Program-made: the position numbers and the translations under genes
Source: Acanthaster planci
Taxonomy: Eukaryota
DNA length: 64,000 nucleotides
Direction: 5' to 3'
Assembly (NCBI RefSeq): GCF_001949145.1
Contig: NW_019091362.1
Span: 1,433,838-1,497,837 of the forward strand
The notes under the pieces: model-generated
Databases searched by the model: none
What the model saw: the letters and a program-made list of their open reading frames with translations, nothing else
Told to the model about the DNA's origin: nothing
In this document: positions 12,401 to 24,112 of the stretch, in pieces
Numbering within the stretch: the stretch's first letter is position 1
Layout: the number at the start of each line of letters is the position of its first letter

Positions 12401-15400
12401 TTAGCATTGTTGCCATTGAACACCTTTGCTGTTCCATCAACTGAACCAGTGAGAACCACAATGTTGTTGCGATGGCAATCTACAGATGTTACACCACTAC
12501 TGTGTCCAGTGCTATCTAATAAGAGGAGAACAGACATTTTATTCTTAGTAAAAGTTTGCACCATCTGCAACCTATACATTACTCTAAAAGTAATTATAAT
12601 GTGAGCTACATTGTTGAGATAATTTTGTTTCATGAGCTGGGCATACAATGGATACTGTGGCTGAGATGCACATGCCTTTTTTGCATTCACTTATTTGCAC
12701 TAATGCAATAGCACAGGGCTAATCGAAGCCATTTTGAGTCCAAGAGGTTAGTCACTGAAACAGCACTTTCCCTCCCGTGAAAAAAGAACAAGAAAGAATT
12801 TGTCCCTCATTCTGTCAATTTTGATGCCAAAGGTACACCCAAGCATGAAAGTTTCCAGGATTATTGATGGTAGAAATTCATTTTACTACGGCGGACTAAC
12901 CCTTGATTGTGTGGATTGCTGTTGTATCTTTCAAGTCCCAAATCTTCACAGTTCCATCTTCATAACCAGCACAGCATTTCTTTCCTACAGGATTGTGGAT
13001 AAGGACATTTGAGGAGTGAACAAAGAAATCTACAAAAACAAATAGCTCTAAATGTGATTTTATGTTTCGGAGATCTTTATCGTTTGTTCTGGGAATCTTG
13101 CTCTTTTAATGAAGAAACTCTTTCACAAACAAATGTTTTTCTTATGTCATGAAATTTTAGTAAGGTATGACTTTGCAACAGCTCCATGAACACAATAACT
13201 GAATGGGTAAATCCCTAACAAAGTACATATGACAATACTATCTATGCATTTTGTACACTAGTTTTGGTTTCTGGGAGGATTCCTTAATGATCTCCTTTAA
13301 ATGCCAGCAGTGTAAAAGTTAGCAACAGACGTGCTTACCTTCCAAAATGCCTAAAAACAAACTGACAGAGAAAATTATAAGTATGTTCACCCTGAAAGTT
13401 TCTGTGAGGACTGAATAGACACTCTTCCTTTTACGAAGCTACATCGGCAATGTACAATTTGAGCAAACTTTTAATACCAAGAGCTGTGTCCTGCAACTTT
13501 CGGGGATAAAAAGTCAAGCACTTTCTGTGAAAGATCAAATCATGTACCGTCTGGAAAGATCTTGCCACACGTCGTTTGGCAGCCATGCCCCTGCATGGTC
13601 TTGCACTCTCCACTGGGTACCTTCCACATCCAGATCTGACCCTCTGACGTACCCCCAAGGAGGACAAGTGAGCTATGGTGCCACGACAGCCACTGTGAGA
13701 AGCCACAGGAAGAAAAAAAATGGCAGTTACTTTGGGATTTGGGCAGAACTTTGTCTTTACGAGTAATTCCCTCCAAAATCTGACTCACTTGCTTTGAGAA
13801 AGACTCTTTGAGAAAGCTAGGACCCTTTGAGAAAGCTAGGACTCTTTGAGAAAGCTAGGACTCTTTGAGAAAGCTAGGACTCTCAGAGAAAGCTAGGACT
13901 CTTTGAGAAAGCTAGGACTCTTTGAGAAAGCTAGGACCCTTTGAGAAAACTAGGACTCTTTGAAAAAGCTAGGACTCTTTGAGAAAGCTAGGACTCTGAG
14001 AGAAAGCTAGGACTCTTTGAGAAAGCTAGGACTCTGAGAGAAAGCTAGGACTCTTTGAGAAAGCTAGGACTCTTTGAGAAAGCTAGGACTCTTTGAGAAA
14101 GCTAGGACTCTTTGAAAAAGCTAGGACTCTGAGAGAAAGCTAGGGCTCTGAGGAAAAGCTAGGACTCTTTGAGAAAGCTAGGGCTCTGAGGAAAAGCTAG
14201 GAGTCTAAGAGAAAGCTAGGACTCTAAGAGAAAGCTAGGACTCTATTAAGAGAAAGCTAGGACTCTGAGAGAAAGCTAGGGCTCTGAGAGAAAGCTACGA
14301 CTCTGAGAGAAAGCTAGGACTCTGAGAGAAAGCTAGGACTCTTTAAGAAAGCTAGGGCTCTGAGAAAAAGCTAGGACTCTAAGAGAAAGCTACGACTCTG
14401 AAAGAAAGCTTCGACTCTGAGAGAAAGCTAGGATCAAAACAACAGGCCCTCTCACTTCTTCAATTTGTATAATTCAGGTCACTGTAGCTAGTAAACAGTT
14501 TTTGTACCTTATAAAACCAACGTATGAACAAAAGAAAGATGTGCATAGATGAATAGAGAGATTCTGTATATATTTGCTTCTTCAGAATCCCAACATAGTC
14601 CTGTAACTGAAGATTTACAATCAAGAGGTTTCAAAGTGGATCAGGAATATTAACACTGTTAATTGAACAGAAGATCAGTTTTCTGTAATAGGTTACGATC
14701 AGCCAAATCCTTTCTCCATCCTCACAGGTACACGTTTTTTACACCTGGGTAGTGAGAGGTAATTGTTGTAAATGGCTGTAAAGTGTTTTGCCCAGGTTTT
14801 GCCTGAAACAACTGTACTAGTTCCCTGTGAATATAGTTCCCAATCCAACAACCGACAAAAGCTGCTGGACTCGTAGTACAGAATAGTAAGAAGTGCACAT
14901 TGACCTATGACCCTGCAATGACCTTCTGACCCTTACCTCCAAGTCAGAGCACTCAAATGACCAGATCTCTTCCTGGGTGTCCACCTTCCAGACTTTGATC
15001 AGTCCGCTCATGTCACCTGACACCACCAGGGAACCGTCGTAACTGAAGCCAACACATGTAACTGAGTCTTTGTGACCTTGGAATGAAAACATGGAAATGT
15101 AAAGCTTCCAAGAGTATTGGAATTTCAAGCTTACAAAAGAAATGCACTACACCAAAATCAACAAATTTAACAAAGTGCTCAAACATACATAACCAAAAGA
15201 AAACGTTTCATCAAAATGTCAAAACCATAGTAACTTCTGCATCAATACTAGACTTTACCAAGCTGTTTGAAGATAAGACATGACACGGACAAAGCCTGAA
15301 CAACTCTGGAGGCCATTCTTCAGGCATAAACAGCACTGCAACTGTGACCTTTAACCTTTACCTGAGCATTCCAGCACTGGCTGCCCATCGCCAATTTTCC

Positions 15401-17106
15401 AGACGTACGCTTTGTCGTCCTCACCCCCAGTGACAGCGAGGGCACTCTTGGTGGGCTCCAAATCACAGCAGAATACAGAGGCTGCAAACAAGACAACATT
15501 GCCACAAAAATGGTTACAAACAGAAATCTCCAGGTTTAAACAGCAACACTCTTGAATATGTATCAAGTACACCAATTTATGCCACATGAGTAACTTGTTA
15601 ATCCTGAGAAGACAAAAGTTATTGAGGTAGTGTGTCTTGCCTAGGGACACTCAATTACTGAGTCTATGAACAGCTTCTTCCGATGGAGTGAAAGACACTG
15701 TTTGAAGCTATCATGACAGGAAATACCATGTAAGCTTAAGGCAGACAATATCTAGTACAGTGGAACGCCACTATACCAAACACCGTTACACCGAACATTT
15801 GGCGTGGACCCCGTCTTGTTCGTTATAGCGGCGTTCAACCGTAGTTGTTGCCACTTCCAGTAGGTTTATGTCTTACTGTCATCTAAAGCCGAGATCCTTG
15901 GGCACTGCCAAACTCAAAAGAGTATCTTTGCTATGGGGACAATGTAGTGTCACTGTTACCATGTGCTACATTAATGCATGTTCCTGTCAGACTATGGGCT
16001 GGGTTGTACACATTCAATCGAAATCTAGTTCTGTGCCGCATGCCTGTGGCCGACCACTGCAAGTAAGCAAGATTTTGCTAACTTGGCTCTCACAAGCAGA
16101 CCACAAAAGCCAATCTTCCATTTATTGCAACGGAGGCCGTGATCTGATGCCTAGATTACACCGACAATCTCCAGGCTGCCCTATCAGATGAAGACAAACT
16201 TAGAAATATAAGACGACAATGATGTTTTCTGGCTCACCTGTGTGTTTCTCATAGACAAAGTCGGCGTCATCTTCTACGTCTTCTTCGGGCGGGCCATCCA
16301 TCCCTTGTGCTTCTTCCTCTCCCTCCTCGTCTTCTCGGTCAAAGTCTTCCGAGTCTGCTTCTCCCAAGTCATCAATTGCATACTCTGTTAAAAAGAGAAT
16401 TGAATAATGAAATGCAAGATGTGGGAAACTTCAGCACATTAGCCGCAATTTCCTGGGCACTTTTGCTATGAAAAACCTTCCTGAATCATCCAAAATCTTG
16501 AGACAAGGTAAATGCCAGAAACCAAAAGCACTTTGCGCATTTTATCTTTCAAGGGGCATTAAGTCCCCTGTAATGCAACAGTGGCTGTGCCTACCTCCTC
16601 AAATCCAGCAAAATTTCCTGGAGGTTTCAATGGGATCTGGAAGGGTTTGAGTTAGTGACACATAAACTTCTTTTTGAGGACTGGAAACATTTACAAAATT
16701 TTCCTATTATTGAAACAAATGACATTTCCATACAGCAGGAGCACACTACTAAGCTGACATTTCTCTTCAAAATCTGAATCATCCACGAAGAAATTTCCAC
16801 AAATTTTTAAACTTTAGTTATTAAAAAGATGGATACTTTCAAAAATAATTTAAGCTCACCCAACCTGAAGTCAAGATACATCCTTGTATGTCTTTCTCAT
16901 TACATTGTGCAAAACAAGAGACAGCCGAAACAGAATTGGAAAAGAAGGGATGTACAAAAGGGGAGGAGCTGTGAGCCACTTGAGGTGGGGATTGTAGAAA
17001 GGATGTTACTCTTACCTCCTTCTGCAGCATCCAAATCAACTACTTCAGCCATGTCCTCTTCCGCAGTGTCATCATAGCAACCATCAGAATCCCCATCGGG
17101 ATCCAT
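9451..17106 (-). CDS. AAMP: Angio-associated migratory cell protein (WD40; yeast Sqt1 orthologue, uL16 chaperone), complete, ~416 aa
   Basis: 11 phase-consistent exons: 17106-17016, 16384-16238, 15481-15362, 15076-14937, 13692-13548, 12984-12901, 12515-12400, 12248-12166, 11284-11194, 10279-10122, 9526-9451 (1251 nt, TAG). Acidic N-terminus, then [10 protein letters not shown]…[28 protein letters not shown]…[16 protein letters not shown]…, C-terminal FSLQRPER, matching the AAMP family. Confidence 0.93.
10348..10744. mobile_element. PIF/Harbinger-like MITE, copy 1
   Basis: ~30-bp imperfect TIR GGGAAAGTTGGATCAAGGACC…/…GGTCCTTGACTGAACTTGCCC; colinear along its length with 11724-12122. Confidence 0.7.
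11724..12122. mobile_element. PIF/Harbinger-like MITE, copy 2
   Basis: TIR CGGCAAATTCAATCAAGGACC…/…GGTCCTTGATCGAACTTGCTC; 3-bp TSD TAG (11721-11723, 12123-12125); same orientation as copy 1. Confidence 0.72.
13794..14433. repeat. 19-bp minisatellite, ~33 copies (GAGAAAGCTAGGACTCTTT / …CTCTGA)
   Basis: Directly visible tandem array without unique spacers, in an AAMP intron. Confidence 0.97.
15758..15841. mobile_element. Tc1/mariner (Tigger/pogo-like) micro-MITE
   Basis: TA flanks; ~25-bp imperfect TIR CAGTGGAACGCCACTATA…/…TATAGCGGCGTTCAACCG. Confidence 0.75.
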
Positions 17107-17699
17107 CTTGCTAGTACTAGTTTACCCTCCACAAAATTCTACTAGTATCCGTGATTATTTCTGGCAAATCATAAAAGCTGCAAGTTAAAAAAAAAGAAAA
17201 AGTATTAACAATAATTAACAATTATTCCAGAAGATGTGGAAACCAACACTGACAGATAAAATGCACACAGTTGGCATAGAAATATCTAGCAATACAAATC
17301 CTTTTGGGGAATTATAGTTTAGACTAGTGATTTCCAATATGTGCTGAAAGAATACAAAAGACCCCCTCCTCAAAAACTATTTTGAGATTGAAGTTCCCTT
17401 AATTGACTAGTCATGGTCCTTTGTGGTAAATCTGCCTGATTTTCACTAAAAGGTAAATCAACTCAGGAAGGAGTACACTAAATCTGCACAAGATTCAAGA
17501 TTGTGCTGAGCAACAAGTTAACATTATTTGAAATTGTCCTGAGCTTATAATGCCCTCTCATACCGCTACATTCCACTCATGAATGGCTGCTTAATCTAAT
17601 ATACAAAAAAGGAACTAACCAAAATGTAACTACTAGGCCTATGTATGCATGTGAAAAGCTTTTGTATATGTATACATGAAGGTTTCTAATCTTCTTATT

Positions 17700-19170
17700 G
17701 GAAAACTCCCTCTCTACATGTAATTGGTATCACTAGGCCAGTTCCCAATAACATACTGGACCTGATCATCGCTACTAGCCCACAACTTATCAGCAACATA
17801 GAAGTTCTACAGGTGTCTGATCACGGCATTGTCACCATTGACACAAATATGAGAACCAAACAGCAAATACATAAAATCCATTAAGAAATACGTGCATCAG
17901 TAATTTCCTGAAAGCAGATATGGAAAATCTGAAACAAAACATTAGAGAATTCATACTGGAGTTCCTTAGTTCAAATCCGTCCTAACATTCTGTTAATTCT
18001 GGGAAAAGATAAAAACAATGCGCCTTGAAAAATGAGCTGTGGAAAATGCCACCTCCCATGAATAACCCACGATATCAAGCTCCACCGTCAGGCAAGAAAA
18101 CAAGACAGCAAAGTGCAAACCATGGAGAGCAAATTCTAGGAGTAGAGAAACAGAGTTGCATCACTAGTCCATAAAGCTCACCAGAATTATGTCAATAACA
18201 TCATAGATAACAACCTAACTGAGAAACCCAAGTCATTTTGGTCTGACGTCAAATTAATGAGGTCTGAAAACCAAGGGATTCCGACATTGCGGGCTACGAC
18301 TAAACTCTGCACAACTGACGTAGACAAGGCTGAAGCACTCAATTCACATTTCGAATCAGTTTTCACACAAGAACCACCCACAAAAAGGAAATCACCAAAT
18401 TAGTCCATACCAAATCTCACCAGAGGTGTGAACGGAGTGGAGAGACAACTAGCATTAAACCCAGCAAAAGTAGGTGGTCCCGATGAGCTGGCACCCAAAC
18501 ACATGTTGTTGGGAACTGTAGCAATCCAGTGGAAACAAGCTCTTGTATTAAACTGGCATGAACAAAAAAGGTCCTAAATCTAACTTGGCGAGCTGGTATC
18601 CATTACCTCTTTGCCAGTCTGTGCCGCAAGGTGATGCAGCATATTGTGCTTAGCCATACTGCCACACAACTGAAAACACGCAACATTTTGCTAGACTCAC
18701 AACATGGGTGTAATTAATCTCAGCGTGTCACAACTAACATCCTTCAGACTCAACTCACGGACAAGTCGATATAGTCTTCCTCGACTTTGGCAAAGCCTTT
18801 CACTTTTGACAAAGTGTCCCAACAATGATTATCTGCCAAGCTAAATTACTACCTCATTTGAGGCCCAACCTTGGAGTGGATCAAACAGAGTACAGGCAGT
18901 TTCAGTCAATGGGTCAGTCCTTGACCCAGTTTTATTCTTGCTATATAGAAATGACATTCAACAAAACATTAAATCAAGGATGCAGTTATTTGATGATAGT
19001 TTTCTATACAGTGAGATAGAGAACCAAAGTGATCTTTTATTTCACTGAGAGATCTTGAAGTCCGAACAGATTGGTCCTCGACTTAGTTGATGCACTTCAA
19101 CAAAAAAACGTGTCACCCTTTCCATTACAAAGAGGAGCAATTCAAGCACTTTCCAGTGTAACATTCTTCT
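17700..19170 (+). mobile_element. Decayed non-LTR retrotransposon (CR1/L2-like LINE ORF2: endonuclease end plus RT), frameshifted
   Basis: Broken plus-strand translation gives NILDLII…SDHGIV, ENPKSFWS, KAEALNSHFESVFTQE, GGPDEL, LLDSQHG, VDIVFLDFGKAF…DKV in LINE ORF2 order; antisense within the first AAMP intron. Confidence 0.82.
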
Positions 19171-20007
19171 GAACCACATGCATCTGCACCTACCTTTCTT
19201 GCTGCACTACAGAAATAAAGGCTCTTCTCAGACATCTGCCCTGCTCCAATGAACCCAACAGAAAACGAGCCTTTTCGCCATCGGCTCCACATGACGTTCA
19301 ACACGGCACAAACAGGGATTTTAATCTAGTTGTTTACCCATAGAAATGCTGCTCTATTTCCCCCAAAAATTCTATGTAAAATAGCTTACATACCTTCCTG
19401 CTGAGTACCAAGAAAAACGGGCCGAAACCATGCTGTTTTCAAAAAATAGGTGCGACAAGCAACAGCTGTTGGGTGCCAGTGCACGTGAGCGTGCTGTCAC
19501 ACTATGAACACTTTCTGTGAAGGCCACACGTACATGGATGTGGACAAACATCGCTGCCTGTCTGTAGCTACAGGCGGCCTACACCTCAACAGAAATTGTT
19601 CACATATAGCCTATGGCGAAAAAGGCTTGTTTTCTGTGCGGTTTGTGGGAACGGGGCAGATGTCGGACCCCACAGTTCTGGGGGTACACTCCCCCCCAAG
19701 AAAAATAAATAAATTGTATTTTTAGCTAGGAAATTTTAAAGAATGATAGTTGAAATAATACTACACAAAAAATCTCAAGAAAAAGATTTAAAAAGAAAAA
19801 TTCAAAATCCCAGCTCCTTTTTTTGGGGGGTCCAGGTTGCTTGGAAAAAAAATCTACGTTTTTCTCAGAAACTCTCGCTTCATATATCTTGCACATCAAA
19901 CCAGCGTTCAGTCTCAATTTTTCTGCATAAATTTGCAGAAAGCCGGACTGAATCTTAGCATACGATCGCGCTTGCATGAACTAAACAACACATGCAACTA
20001 CATGCGG

Positions 20008-20074
20008 CGTACGAGTTGGTCGGGGTACGAGTTAGTCGGCGTATACGAGTTGGTCGGCGTACGAGTTGGTCGGC
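20008..20074. repeat. Four tandem copies of ~16-bp GTACGAGTTGGTCGG
   Basis: Directly visible; resembles a subterminal repeat of a DNA transposon remnant. Confidence 0.8.
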
Positions 20075-20168
20075 ATTCAATCCACCTACCCAGCTCTTGA
20101 ATCACTGATCCCGACCTACATGTATGTGAAACAAACAGGCCCCTAATGTAGCTGAATAGCATTAGCTG

Positions 20169-20259
20169 GATGAGGATTCTGAGACTCAAGACATCCATTG
20201 TCTCAGCCCATTACTAATGGGCTGAGACAATGGATGTCTTGAGTTTCAGAATCCTCATC
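20169..20259. repeat. 91-bp near-perfect palindrome (45-bp arms, 1-nt spacer, one mismatch)
   Basis: GATGAGGATTCTGAGACTCAAGACATCCATTGTCTCAGCCCATTA-C-TAATGGGCTGAGACAATGGATGTCTTGAGTTTCAGAATCCTCATC. Confidence 0.97.
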
Positions 20260-20511
20260 AGACTCAACGCCGGGTCTGAAAACGTCTGAACATAGGCCTA
20301 GGTCTACGTCCGGAATCTAGACAACAAAATAGGAATAGGCCCAGGCGCTAGGCCTACTTTATTTACGGAAGCAAGCGACACAAAACTTCACCATGTATCA
20401 TCGAATGAATATTTGAAGCGGTAAATGAGATGCCTACTCTTTGAACGTGTTCTAGGCCTATTATTAGATCTGAATGACCAAGTAAGGCCTTATTTCTTTA
20501 ACTTTTCTCAC

Positions 20512-20595
20512 CGCAGCTTCGCCAGTCATACTGCACAGTGAACCACTGCACCGCGAACGCAATCCACGTGAAGAATAGCGCCCTCTATTGCCTTC
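20512..20595 (-). promoter_or_regulatory. Putative AAMP non-coding exon 1 and promoter
   Basis: Minus-strand donor CG|GTGAGA at 20512/20511 that could pair with the acceptor before 17177; CpG-rich; E-box CACGTG at 20565-20570 and TAGCGCCCTCTA at 20576-20587. Confidence 0.5.
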
Positions 20596-21145
20596 AAGTC
20601 ATTAGTCGAAAGCAATTTTCTCTACTTCAAACCCATCCCCAAACCCCTTTGGTCCATTTTTACTTCGTTCATTCGTTTTTCGATTTGAAAACGACAAACA
20701 AAAATAGAAAAGAAATAAAGTCTTTTTGTTGCTGTTCTTCAGTTTGAAACAAACAAACAAGTCGTTTGTCACTTTTCCATCTGAAAACAAAAAATGTGGA
20801 GAAAATGAAATCATTTTAGTTTGACTGTTGAAATGGTATGCGATAAAACAAAGTAAATTCATTCTAAATTTAATGTTAATCCAAATTTCGCCTCACAGGA
20901 CTCAGTTCTATTAGGATGCTGGTCTCCGAACGTATCTATAAATAATGTAAGGTTGGTATCCACCGCCTCCTAGGAGGTGCAGTATACCACATCTCTGAAA
21001 CTTAAACAGTCGGCGTTAAAGAAGTTGTGCAAAAGCTGACAAAATTGCATCGACCCCCTTACCAACCCATCAGGACTGTGGGTATTTTTCCACGATGCTC
21101 CACACTTAGGTGTATCTGTTTATTCGTTTAAACATTAATATGGCA

Positions 21146-21564
21146 TATGGCGTGCAAAGTTAACATTTAATCCCAGAATAGAGATATCTCTATTCCTGGA
21201 CGTGACAAGTTAACATTTATTCATGGAATAGAGAAATAGAGATATCTTTATTAAGTTACCGCTTCAGAGGTCAGCAGGTCGCCCTCTCCGTTCTGTGTTT
21301 AAAAATCTATTATCTTGAGGGGTTTTGAATCGTGTCCCAGTACTTGTACTGCCGTGGTTGATTACATTAGGGAACTTTACACAACCCTCGGGCTCAGTGA
21401 AACTTTGTGCGTTACGCTACAATGACCTTTCTGTTGACTCAGTGTGCGGGACTGGAAACATAATAGAGAAATTTCTGTTAAAAACAGGACGTACAATAGA
21501 GATATCTCTATTAGGAATGGAAATATCTGTATACGCGGATTAAATGTTAAATTTGCACGCCATA
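21146..21564. mobile_element. IS3EU-like non-autonomous DNA transposon
   Basis: TIR TATGGCGTGCAAA(G/T)TTAACATTTAATCC; exact 6-bp TSD ATGGCA (21140-21145, 21565-21570); internal AATAGAGATATCTCTATT palindromes. Confidence 0.78.
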
Positions 21565-23787
21565 ATGGCAACTGGAATTTGAAAGCACAGAGGCAAATGA
21601 TATACAATCAAAATTGTTACGGCTAAGTTGTGCTTAGCATTTAATAAAATCACGATTTTTGTGTGAATAAAATTGCACTTCACTTGTATATGTAGATGGA
21701 AACATTTTATAAAGGGAAAAGGAATGACATAAAAGCAACTAAGACTTGAAGAATAATCCCCAAATAAAGAGGGCTATGGAGACGAGGGTGAGAACAAACA
21801 CAGCACGACTGAAACAGTAGGCTTGATTGCAACCAAAAAAGAGCGCTGTCCGGGGGAGTACTGTCTCAACAGTTTATTTTTAACTGCTTTGTGAACCTAA
21901 ATCTTGGCATAGCTGGTCTGGATAAAAGACCCCCAATAAATCAATAATGAATTACTTTTACACTGACAGATGTATGAAAATGTACCAGTTCCTTGTGTCG
22001 TATTCCAGTCTACTGGTCTCCCCTAACGGCTTTGCAATAACACTGCCTGACTAACTTCAGGAGAGACAGAGCCATCACTGACGTGTGGAGTGAATGATAT
22101 ACGTCGTGTCTAGTTGATCCTCTCTGCACAACTCAGAGTTAATACCTTTTAGAGTGCCAATTTTCAAAATAATTTATTGATTATCATTGACCGCCAGTAC
22201 CAATTTCTTCCTACTTTCTTGGTTTCTCCATTCTGTTTGGAAATGCATGAAATATGTCACAACCTCTTCATTCTCCTCCCAAAAGTGGCTCGCCTAACAG
22301 AAATATTTTATAAAATGAAAAAAAAAACCAAAAAGCAAAGTTTGTCTAAAGCAAATGTGGCTCATCAGGGCAGATTTTTTAACTCTGTACTTCTTGGCAT
22401 GAAATAAAGGAAAGCTTACCATGTCTGCAACAAGCTTTCCGAACTATGACTAGGTCCATTGCCAGAAGTCTTAATGTTTTCAACCAGCAAAGACACAGAC
22501 CTGGTACGTCTATTAAAACACAACGCTTATGTCCCATGGACTGGATATCAGCCCATCTCTTGTGCCCATTTTGTACTCCTGGGCAGTAAAAGCCAACTAT
22601 TAGGGTAAAGTATCCTGCCCAAAACCGCAAAGCATAATATAAACTTCACAAAACATTAAATGACATAACACGTACTTCCCAAGTAGTATAAAATGGAGTT
22701 TCAGGAGACAAAAAACATACCATTATACAATGATTTTTGTCGGCAGGTAATGATCTTAAATGGGAATGCACTAACAGGAATAATACATACCTTATAGTTT
22801 TTCTGGTTTAAATCGAAAAATAAAATACCTTCAACCCCAGACAATTATATTAATTTAAAAAATTCATATCATCCTTTGTACTAAGCAAATACTGAATAAT
22901 TTCATAACCTCAATGGTTGTTAAGAGTGAAGTCCTTGGCATCTTTTAATACAGGAACACATGATAAATGATTTCTCTGAACTGCTTATGTCATTGATTGA
23001 ACCATTAAAATTCAACTGAATCTGCATGAATATGATCCAGATCAAATTTCAGTGTGTACTCTCTTAATTGCGTACTCATATGAAGTGTGCTCTTATCTAA
23101 AACTTAATCAAAAACGATAAATGGCTAAAAACAGTACTTACTTGATATAACTGGTGATGCAGATGCACAGATGGTAAGAAAAAAAAACGGGAGAGCCTAT
23201 AAGGGTTTGAGAATCCATAAGGGGTACAGTGGGGCATTGAGGCGGGGCAGTGGGGAATGAGGCGGGGCATTGATTGGATGGGGCAGGGAGAGTAGAGCAT
23301 ACATGGGATTTGGAAGTAGGATGGAGTATGATTAGGATGGAAATGGAAAACAAAAGGGATATGGGATAGGGTGTTTGCAGGGGTGTGGGCGCAGGTTGGG
23401 GAGAAAGTTGGGCATGGTGTGGGAAGTGAGACCCAGCAGAGTTGGGATGGAGAGGGATTTCAACTGGGACAGGGTGGGACATGGGGACGGAACAAGTTAG
23501 GGGGTTGGGTAACGTAACTAAAGCAAAGAATTTTCCATTACCGACATAATTTCAAAACAAACCCAGGATGAAACAATACTTAATTTGTAAAAAAGCCACG
23601 CTAAATTATTCAAGGTAAAACATTCTGAAATTGGAATCTAGTCTTACGCACCATTATACTTACTCTTTCAACTAACCAATCTGTCTTTACATATTTACAA
23701 TGGAAGCATCTAAAACCATTAACATATTTACAATTTTGTACAGGAATAAGTTTACTTAGATCAGAATGAAATTTCAATTTGACATTT

Positions 23788-23952
23788 AAGGCCGGTTCAC
23801 AATCGATATAAATGCAAACACAGGTTTGTGACGTCAAACAAAAGTTTATGCTGCCCAAACCAAAAAAGATGAACATGTCGTCCTTTTTTCGCTGATCAGA
23901 TATTCCTTAACATCACATTGGTTTGCCATGTGCACGAATGTGAATGCACCTT
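23788..23952. mobile_element. Small MITE (AAGGCCGGTTCACA…TGTGAATGCACCTT)
   Basis: Imperfect 14-bp TIR; the same AAGGCCGGTTCACA terminus recurs near 4103. Confidence 0.5.
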
Positions 23953-24112
23953 TAATCATGAACATTATATTTCATTTTCAACACGTTCACTGAATAAAAA
24001 ACTCATATCAGTTCTGCATATATTTTTACGATATTTGTCTATACACCTCTACATTGAGCTTCGATATTTTAACACAATACCTAGAGATTGGACAGTCTGG
24101 TGCCAGCTCTGA

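Noticed and set aside
13794..14433. CRISPR-like array
   Set aside because: Contiguous 19-bp units with no unique spacers, no cas genes and a eukaryotic intron context: a minisatellite.
23138..23482. Pro/His-rich 114-aa minus-strand ORF
   Set aside because: By-product of the C-rich low-complexity tract downstream of the GOLGB1 stop codon.
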